Source: Wolbachia endosymbiont of Penenirmus auritus (GTDB lineage: Bacteria; Pseudomonadota; Alphaproteobacteria; Rickettsiales; Anaplasmataceae). Taken from it: 24,000 nt of DNA. The translations under genes were made by a program, and so were the position numbers. The stretch spans positions 29,699 to 53,698 of the forward strand of contig JAJEUB010000001.1 of the NCBI GenBank assembly GCA_029784575.1, read 5' to 3'. This document shows positions 18,115 to 24,000 of the stretch, piece by piece (position 1 is the first letter of the stretch; every line of letters begins with the position of its first letter). The notes under the pieces were generated by a model, which was given only the letters and a program-made list of their open reading frames with translations, was not told the DNA's origin and did no database searches.

Positions 18115-19186
18115 TACTATTTTAGTAAATAGGTCCTGGGTAAGTCCTAACGAAGATTACATAAGAGCTGCGGAGTATTTAAGTCGGCTTGGCTTTATTA
18201 AACTTGAAAAGTATTACTTTGTTATCTGTGCTAATGATTTAGACCTTGATTTCCCAAATGTACAAAATCCTTATTGCAAAAATGAGATTATCATTCCTTA
18301 TGATTTCAATGAAAACTTTGATGATAATCTAGCTTGCGAGGATTGCGGTCGTGATGTTTTTCCTGATACTTACAAAAAACAACGTTATCTTGTGCTTTCA
18401 ATTAAGTTAGATCCAGAAAGAATAATAAATTGGTTTGAAAACATGTTGATCGGACTTATTTGGGAGAAGGCAACAGAAGGAATATATTATATAAGCTTTA
18501 AAAGTAAGATAGTAACCGTTATCATACCAGCTTTATCCATTGATAAATCATATTTAACCATAGACAGATTAAGAACCAATGCTACTGTTCTTATAACTCT
18601 TGGAAAGGTAGATCTTAAGCTATTATTAGACCTGTATACTGTTCCTATGGCTGATTTAATTTGTGGATATCGGGCTTTAAATGAAATGCTAAGTAAGGCA
18701 GTTGAAAAAGGAGTACCAAAGCTATTACCTAATGTTTCTTTTCAGGCGTTAAGTTACTATCCTTATGTTCCACTACAGAAAACAGTTCATCAGGAGAAAA
18801 GAATATTAAGGTTAAAAATTATAGATAATACTGTTTATGTTAATGATGTTGAAGTTATAAGCAAACAGGCAACTTCAAGTATCCGCATTTTTAGAGTATT
18901 ACTTAAACAATTTTTACGTGATTTTGAAGCGGCTGAAGAATATAAATTTCTTAGTGTAATTGAAATAGCAGACAGTTTAGGTATTGAGGATCCAGAACAA
19001 CAAGTACGTAGACCGCTTAATAGAATGCAAAAAGCAATAGCTGAAAAGCTAGCTAGCACCTTGGGACTAAATATTAAACGCGATGACGTGATACAAGCGT
19101 GTAACTGGTCAGGTATAACATGTCAAGAATACGGCTACCGACTTAACCCATCTACCATTAACCTAGCTAGCTCACAACCCCTCTAA
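18065..19186 (+). CDS. hypothetical protein with Cys cluster and C-terminal wHTH-like region (cassette gene B)
   Basis: 373-aa ORF overlapping gene A by 50 nt. Its frame is closed by TAA at 18050-18052, so ATG 18065 is the first possible start. Cys55/71/91/94 (..LACEDCG..). The C-terminal IRIFRVLLKQFLRDF...LSVIEIADSLGI...VRRPLNRMQKAIAEKL looks like a winged helix. Confidence 0.8.
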   Translation: MELTSCQELSQDREIINTILVNRSWVSPNEDYIRAAEYLSRLGFIKLEKYYFVICANDLDLDFPNVQNPYCKNEIIIPYDFNENFDDNLACEDCGRDVFPDTYKKQRYLVLSIKLDPERIINWFENMLIGLIWEKATEGIYYISFKSKIVTVIIPALSIDKSYLTIDRLRTNATVLITLGKVDLKLLLDLYTVPMADLICGYRALNEMLSKAVEKGVPKLLPNVSFQALSYYPYVPLQKTVHQEKRILRLKIIDNTVYVNDVEVISKQATSSIRIFRVLLKQFLRDFEAAEEYKFLSVIEIADSLGIEDPEQQVRRPLNRMQKAIAEKLASTLGLNIKRDDVIQACNWSGITCQEYGYRLNPSTINLASSQPL

Positions 19187-19629
19187 TGTTTTCTCGTCAA
19201 GTATACTGGCAACTCCATAACTTTAACACGCAATAGCGTTGGTACTTCTTCTTCGCGGAATTTAATATAACCTTCAGTAGCTAAAACATTAATATGTTTA
19301 CGAATAGAATGATGACCCTTAAGACCAAACTTATCTTCAAAAAAATAGCAAAATTGGGTTTTAGTAAAAAAGCGTTCCTTACTCGCTTCTTCATCAATCA
19401 GCTGTAGAATTGTATCGTATTCTCTTTTCCAGAACTTCTTAGCGGCTCTTTTATGTTTAGTAAGTAATTCTTTAATTAGGTTTATGTCACTTATAATTGA
19501 AGTTAAAAGCTTGGCTATGTTTTTATCTTTAGAGACCTGTTGTTCAACGTTATTAGTATCATCAGGAGATAAAGAAGACAGGCACTCTTTAAGATTGTTG
19601 TGTTTTATTTCTTTTTTAGATTTGTTCAT
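19183..19629 (-). CDS. winged-helix DNA-binding protein (last gene of replication operon)
   Basis: 148 aa. FTKTQFCYFFEDKFGLKGHHSIRKHINVLATEGYIKF is HTH plus wing-like. Its stop codon overlaps the stop of cassette gene B. Confidence 0.65.
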   Translation of the reverse strand: MNKSKKEIKHNNLKECLSSLSPDDTNNVEQQVSKDKNIAKLLTSIISDINLIKELLTKHKRAAKKFWKREYDTILQLIDEEASKERFFTKTQFCYFFEDKFGLKGHHSIRKHINVLATEGYIKFREEEVPTLLRVKVMELPVYLTRKH

Positions 19630-19667
19630 ATATATCCTATAAAAATTATTTTAAATAAACGTGGTAT

Positions 19668-20156
19668 TTAGAATGGGATCCAACCATCCCTCTGAGGCTC
19701 GTTTGGGGTAATGACCGTATCAATTCTATTCCTGTTTCCGTACTTACTATCAGCCTCAATTCCCACTTTTGCCGTAAACTCTAGTCCATTTAAATCTGCA
19801 ATGGAGTTGAGCTTTCTGGCAAGTACTGCTTTTTCTGAAGTGTCATGTGGATGAATATTGCGTGCCGACTCCAAAATACTTCGAATCATAGAACGACCCA
19901 TTTCTCCCCAGACATCTTCTCTTTCAACGTTTGCTTTACCACTTTTAATACCAATGACTTGATAAATCTTACGTTTAGCATATGGCCCTTCAACCACGGT
20001 AAATTCAGCGTTTAAATAGATGCTGCCAGTAGCATAGCTTTTAGTGTACCAATCTTCATAACCACCAGGTTTGATGGCCATTTTGGCTTTTACTATCGTA
20101 TCTTTCGGTATTAAGTTACTTTGTGATTTTGCAGTATTAAAATCAGTGTGTAGCAT
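19668..20156 (-). CDS. DUF669-like phage protein (putative ssDNA-binding partner of the AAA_24 ATPase)
   Basis: 162 aa. LIPKDTIVKAKMAIKPGGYEDWYTKSYATGSIYLNAEFTVVEGPYAKRKIY fits the DUF669 pattern (from memory). AGGAGA SD upstream. Same operon as an AAA_24-type ATPase. Confidence 0.55.
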   Translation of the reverse strand: MLHTDFNTAKSQSNLIPKDTIVKAKMAIKPGGYEDWYTKSYATGSIYLNAEFTVVEGPYAKRKIYQVIGIKSGKANVEREDVWGEMGRSMIRSILESARNIHPHDTSEKAVLARKLNSIADLNGLEFTAKVGIEADSKYGNRNRIDTVITPNEPQRDGWIPF

Positions 20157-20353
20157 AAGTATCTCCTAAGTTTTAAAGTAAAAAAAAATTAGCTGTTCCA
20201 GTGGTCCACAATTTGATGGCCATTTTGGCTTTTACTATCGTATCTTTCGGTATTAAGTTACTTTGTGATTTTGCAGTATTAAAATCAGTGTGTAGCATAA
20301 GTATCTCCTAAGTTTTAAAGTAAAAAAAAATTAGCTGTTCCAGTGGTCCACAA
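20070..20353. repeat. perfect 142-bp tandem duplication (20070-20211 = 20212-20353)
   Basis: Base-by-base identical by my reading. Each unit holds the last 23 nt of the RepA-like gene, the intergenic SD region and the first 87 nt of the DUF669-like gene. Confidence 0.9.
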
Positions 20354-21140
20354 ACTGCCAGTAGCCATCTATCTTATCGACAAACTTGTTTGGCACACGT
20401 TCACCATTACGCAATTCAAAGACTATTTGACGAGCAGTACTTTCTTCGTCCTGACTAAACATCACCATGCCAGTACTGTAAAATCCCCTTAAAGACCCAG
20501 CACCACTTAAGCCTTGAAATGGATCTTCCTCTAACATCTTTTTGGATAGTTTTTTCGTATGATGGGTCAAGATTATTCCAGCATCTGGATTGATAACATT
20601 TCTCAGTCTTTCAAGCGTTCTTTGCAAGAAAAATAGCATAGCACTGTTGTCGTTTTCACTGCCATACTCACCTGGGTTAAAAATGTTACGCAGAGGATCA
20701 ATCGCAATAATGTCGGGTTTAAAACGCTCTTTAACGGTGTTTTTAATTTCATCTATTTCTTCACTACTGAAAGATAATTGCACTCTTGGCGTGATAATTA
20801 AGTTATTGGCAGCTATATCTAAAAGCTCTTGATCAAGTTGAAGCTGTTGCAAACGTTCTTTCATATAGTCATACTCGATTTCGGTTTGCAGGTAGAAAAT
20901 TTTCATGGGCTTACTTGGAACCATACCAAGGAATGAAACACCGGCAGCCATGTGTACTAACTACGAAATTAGAAAATCACTTTTACCAATTTTAGGTGGG
21001 CCACCAAATACCAATAGGCCTCTTTTCGTCAAAATTCTCGGTGAGATTATATCCTCTGGTATTGGCGTTTGGTCATTTAAATATTCCTTCATGCTGAAAA
21101 AAGGAATTTTTCGACTAATAGTAAAAAAGCTTTGTTCCAT
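20331..21140 (-). pseudogene. RepA-like (AAA_25-type) ATPase/helicase paralogue interrupted by an in-frame TAG
   Basis: ATG 21140 (GGAGAA SD) gives MEQSFF...PIPEDIISPRILTKRGLLVFGGPPKIGKSDFLIS, then TAG (20961-20963), then LVHMAAGVSFLGM... continuing in frame as the listed 206-aa ORF. The paralogue at 22737+ has TGG (Trp) at that position (ISWLIHMAAG). Confidence 0.8.
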
Positions 21141-21160
21141 ATTGTTCTCCGATTTTTAAA

Positions 21161-21970
21161 TTAAGCAGCAGTAGCCAAAACTTTGGCTTTAATTTTTGTG
21201 AGCAATTTACCCAGATGCGGTTCTTCAACCATATCAAGGCAGCCACTTCGATCTTTAGCCGGGTATCCCCAAGAATTAATGGTCTGACAGACAAAAGAAC
21301 GTACTTCTGTACCATCATCTTTCTTGATGCCAACCATGCTAATTACTTCATCAACAATCCCGGGAATTTCACTGGCAGTTTTGGCCCCTTCGCATTGAGG
21401 TAGCCATGTTGAACGATTGAGATCATCAAGATACTGACCTAGTGTGCCAACTATGATGATGTCTTTATCCGGAATATGTTGAAACTGATTAAGCCAAGCC
21501 ATCATCTCTTGAGCAAGCATGCCGTAAGCAGCTCTTTTATCTTCTCTCCCTGATCGATCAGAAAAAGCTTCAGGTTGCATTCTTGCCCAGGAAAGACATA
21601 AACGTGATGCAACAGTTATACTGTCGATAAAGATGTAACGGTACTTAGAAACCTCAGAGAGAAGATCTTTATGCTTGCCAGATACATGCTCATAGTGTCT
21701 TTGGCTATATGCTTGATCAGATTTCAGTGCTGGATTTGGCCCACCAATAAGACAAGCAATATCTCTTGCCTCATTCCAAGTGCGCATCTTGATTGAATCT
21801 CCTTTCCAGTCTTGGACGGCAAGAAGTCCTGCTTCAAAATCAAGACAGAGTGTTTTCGACTCCTCAAGAGTTTTTAGCAGACTGGTCTTGCCGATTCCAT
21901 AAGGTCCAAAGATTACTATCTTCACACCTGTTACCATTTTTACTCTTTCTTCGCTGTTCATTATTTTCAT
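21161..21970 (-). CDS. AAA_24 / Sak4-like RecA-fold ATPase
   Basis: Walker A VKIVIFGPYGIGKTSL and Walker B YRYIFIDSIT. Start moved to ATG 21970 (AGGGGG SD) because the listed TTG at 22000 lies within motif copy B. Confidence 0.8.
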   Translation of the reverse strand: MKIMNSEERVKMVTGVKIVIFGPYGIGKTSLLKTLEESKTLCLDFEAGLLAVQDWKGDSIKMRTWNEARDIACLIGGPNPALKSDQAYSQRHYEHVSGKHKDLLSEVSKYRYIFIDSITVASRLCLSWARMQPEAFSDRSGREDKRAAYGMLAQEMMAWLNQFQHIPDKDIIIVGTLGQYLDDLNRSTWLPQCEGAKTASEIPGIVDEVISMVGIKKDDGTEVRSFVCQTINSWGYPAKDRSGCLDMVEEPHLGKLLTKIKAKVLATAA

Positions 21971-21991
21971 ATTTTTACCCCCTATATATAA

Positions 21992-22019
21992 ATTCACCAA
22001 ACTTCAGAAAACTGTTCAG
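21992..22019 (-). promoter_or_regulatory. conserved 28-nt motif copy B, upstream of the replication operon and overlapping the sigma-gene stop codon
   Basis: Minus strand AAAAAAAACTGAACAGTTTTCTGAAGTTTGGTGAATTTATATATAGGGGG. The TGA of the sigma gene is inside CTGAACAG. Ends 21 nt before ATG 21970. Confidence 0.55.
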
Positions 22020-22519
22020 TTTTTTTTGTGTTTTTTTCCGTAAATAGGTGCAAATTTAGGTCGCACCCTCTTGATAATGTTGTGTAAAGTAGTTCGTGAC
22101 ATATTGTTCATCTCTGCAACTTCAGCAATGCTTTTGTGTTTTAGCTGTTCAAATAAAATTCGCTGTTTCTTTGGTAGCTTTGAAATAATTTGCTCAACGT
22201 CAACACGTAGTATCGCTTCATCTTCAAAGCAATAACTTTCCTGTTGCATGTAGTTTTCAAGGTTGGGAGTATTACGTGAGTGGTCACGGACTAGATTGTT
22301 GATATGATTTTTAATAACTTGTTTAGTAAAAGTCGAAAGACTGCCCTTAGTTTTATCGTATTGATCTAAACATGAAAAAAACTTACAGAAAAGGTCTTGC
22401 TCTATGTCTTCAATATCTTGATCAGCAAAGCATTTAAGTGACTTGTAATATCTTGCATAAAATTTTATTAAATTAGTAACTTTAGGGTCGATGCCTGAAT
22501 AAGAGTTTCGAGATTTCAT
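22016..22519 (-). CDS. sigma-70 family (ECF-like, regions 2 and 4) RNA polymerase sigma factor
   Basis: 167 aa. Region 2-like DIEDIEQDLFCKFFSCLDQYDKTKGSLSTFTKQVIKNHINNLVRDHSR. Region 4 HTH LPKKQRILFEQLKHKSIAEVAEMNNMSRTTLHNIIKRVR. Confidence 0.85.
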   Translation of the reverse strand: MKSRNSYSGIDPKVTNLIKFYARYYKSLKCFADQDIEDIEQDLFCKFFSCLDQYDKTKGSLSTFTKQVIKNHINNLVRDHSRNTPNLENYMQQESYCFEDEAILRVDVEQIISKLPKKQRILFEQLKHKSIAEVAEMNNMSRTTLHNIIKRVRPKFAPIYGKKHKKN

Positions 22520-22669
22520 ACCTTAATGAAAGACTTAAGAATGAAACTTTTTTGGTAAGCATTGTAGGACATGGAAAAAATGCTTCAGACAACTGCAAAG
22601 TTTTTACCCCGGAAAAACCTGGGTTTTTTGTCAACCTTCAGACATTAAAAATTTCGATCAGACAATAAA

Positions 22670-22697
22670 CTGAACAGTTTTTTGAAATTTGGTGAAT
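22670..22697 (+). promoter_or_regulatory. conserved 28-nt motif copy C, upstream of the primase-helicase gene
   Basis: Plus strand CAATAAACTGAACAGTTTTTTGAAATTTGGTGAATGTATTAGTAAGGAA. Ends 39 nt before ATG 22737. Confidence 0.55.
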
Positions 22698-22736
22698 GTA
22701 TTAGTAAGGAAATCGCTCCGAATTTATAGATAATCT

Positions 22737-24000
22737 ATGGATGATGTTGCAAAAATTAAAGCACAACTATTATTAAACTTAAGGTCTTGTCTTTCTTATC
22801 TCTTTCCCAGAGGTACCTTCCATGGTGATGAATTTCGTATAGGTAATATTCAAGGCGAAAGAGGACAAAGTTTAAAAGTAGCATTAACTGGTGAAAGAGC
22901 TGGACTCTGGCAGGATTTTGCCACTGGAGAAAAAGGAGATGTTATTGCTATTTGGGCAGCTACACAAGGAAAAGATACAAGAAGGGATTTTCGTGAAGTA
23001 ATGGCTTCGATAAGTGAATGGCTCCAGTATGATAAAAAATGTCCAGAAGAAAAATACAGTGATAAAAAGTTTGATGAAATAGCTACGTATAGTTGGAATT
23101 ACTATGATGAAAATGGTCAGGTAGTAGTAAAAATGTACCGCTATGATCCTCCTGGTAGAAAAAAAGAATATAAGCCATTTGACGTAAAACGATCCAAATT
23201 TGCTGCACCAGAGGGTTTAAGACCACTATACAATATTCCAGGAATTTTAAAGTCTGATAAGGTTATTTTTGTAGAAGGAGAAAAATGTGCTGAAAGCTTA
23301 ATAGAACAAGGGATAACAGCTACAACTGCAATGTTTGGATCGAATGCATCTCCTGACAAAACGGACTGGTCGCACCTTAAAGGTAAACATATTATTATTT
23401 GGCCAGATAACGATGAAGCAGGAAACAAATATGCTAAAAATGCTGAAAAGAAGCTTTTGGAACTAGGAGTTGCATCACTGGTTACGCTCAGTATTCCACA
23501 AGATAAACCAAAAGGTTGGGATGCTGCTGATTGTACTGAGGACGTTGAAAAATTTTTAGCTTCAGCTACTCAAATTCACCATATAAAAAACATCATCTCA
23601 TTTCCTGCAAGACAATACTTCAACGATAAATCACCAATGCCAGAGGATATAATTGCTCCACGAGTTTTAACGCCGAGCGGTCTTTTAGTGTTTGCTGGAG
23701 CGCCTAAAGTAGGAAAAAGTGACTTTCTAATCTCATGGCTAATTCATATGGCAGCAGGAGTTCCATTTCTTGATATGGTACCAACAAGACCTTTAAGGAT
23801 TTTTTACCTTCAAACTGAAATTGGCTACCACTACATGCGTGAACGTATACAGCAACTTAAACTCGATGAAAAACTTCTTGAGATTGCTCTGGATAACTTG
23901 ATCATTACACCACAAACAAAGCTACTCTTAAATGATAACAGTATAGATGAAGTTCTTGATGAAATAAAAAAATCATTTGGTTCAAATGCTGTTGATGTTA
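22737..24000 (+). CDS. Toprim primase fused to RepA-like helicase/ATPase (3' end beyond window)
   Basis: Not in the ORF track (no stop in window). ATG 22737 follows an in-frame TAA and the frame is open to base 24000. Toprim motifs VIFVEGEKCAESL and IIIWPDNDEAGNKYA, then Walker A GLLVFAGAPKVGKSDF. Confidence 0.9.
   Translation, partial: MDDVAKIKAQLLLNLRSCLSYLFPRGTFHGDEFRIGNIQGERGQSLKVALTGERAGLWQDFATGEKGDVIAIWAATQGKDTRRDFREVMASISEWLQYDKKCPEEKYSDKKFDEIATYSWNYYDENGQVVVKMYRYDPPGRKKEYKPFDVKRSKFAAPEGLRPLYNIPGILKSDKVIFVEGEKCAESLIEQGITATTAMFGSNASPDKTDWSHLKGKHIIIWPDNDEAGNKYAKNAEKKLLELGVASLVTLSIPQDKPKGWDAADCTEDVEKFLASATQIHHIKNIISFPARQYFNDKSPMPEDIIAPRVLTPSGLLVFAGAPKVGKSDFLISWLIHMAAGVPFLDMVPTRPLRIFYLQTEIGYHYMRERIQQLKLDEKLLEIALDNLIITPQTKLLLNDNSIDEVLDEIKKSFGSNAVDV

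Noticed and set aside
16864-19186. Possibility that the two-gene cassette is a cifA/cifB-type cytoplasmic-incompatibility operon
   Set aside because: As I recall, CifB-type proteins are far larger (over 1000 aa) than the 373-aa gene B. I see no nuclease or deubiquitinase-like motifs, and the location is not the post-tail accessory region. Not claimed.
20905-21333. ORFs 20905-21159 (+) and 21115-21333 (-)
   Set aside because: The first is antisense to the N-terminal fragment of the RepA-like pseudogene. The second is an out-of-frame overlap of the 3' end of the AAA_24 gene.
22596-22630. ACCCCGGAAAAACCTGGGTTTTTT as a rho-independent terminator
   Set aside because: The stem is only about 4 bp (ACCC/GGGT) with an 11-nt loop, and no plus-strand gene ends upstream of it.
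16743-22697. Reading the three 28-nt motifs as ends of a miniature transposable element
   Set aside because: Copies are not paired as inverted termini around a discrete insert. Each is instead positioned at a fixed short distance upstream of a gene start, which fits a regulatory site better.
23141-23428. 95-aa minus-strand ORF
   Set aside because: Antisense within the Toprim region of the primase-helicase gene, which has clear catalytic motifs.
1-24000. CRISPR arrays, tRNA or rRNA genes
   Set aside because: I found no regularly spaced short repeats and no cloverleaf-like or rRNA-like segments. Essentially all sequence is accounted for by coding regions and the introns.

Overview
AT-rich, almost gap-free 24-kb piece of a P2-like contractile-tail prophage. 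P2-type tail genes, an ankyrin-repeat gene directly after the tail module, group II introns and a phage-borne sigma factor together recall Wolbachia prophage WO; this is inferred from gene content, no search was run. Minus strand, right to left: host-recognition/tail-fibre module (16715->10593), sheath, tube, an inserted RelE/ParE-RHH toxin-antitoxin pair, and tail chaperone gpE with a -1 frameshift E' extension. Next comes a nested pair of group II introns (one with an intact RT/maturase, one ORF-less) exactly at the E'/tape-measure junction. Then tape measure, gpU, gpX, a frameshifted gpD, and accessory genes (TM-anchored ankyrin protein, small membrane protein). The right third is a replication/regulation module. 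On the minus strand it holds a wHTH protein, a DUF669-like protein, a RepA-like ATPase broken by a TAG, an AAA_24/Sak4-like ATPase and an ECF-like sigma factor. A divergent Toprim primase-RepA helicase fusion on the plus strand runs off the right edge. Between the two modules lies a two-gene plus-strand cassette (16864-19186) with no family I can recognise; it is my best candidate for something undescribed. A 28-nt motif CTGAACAG-N13-GGTGAAT occurs three times, each just upstream of an operon start, next to the sigma gene. No rRNA, tRNA or CRISPR array seen.
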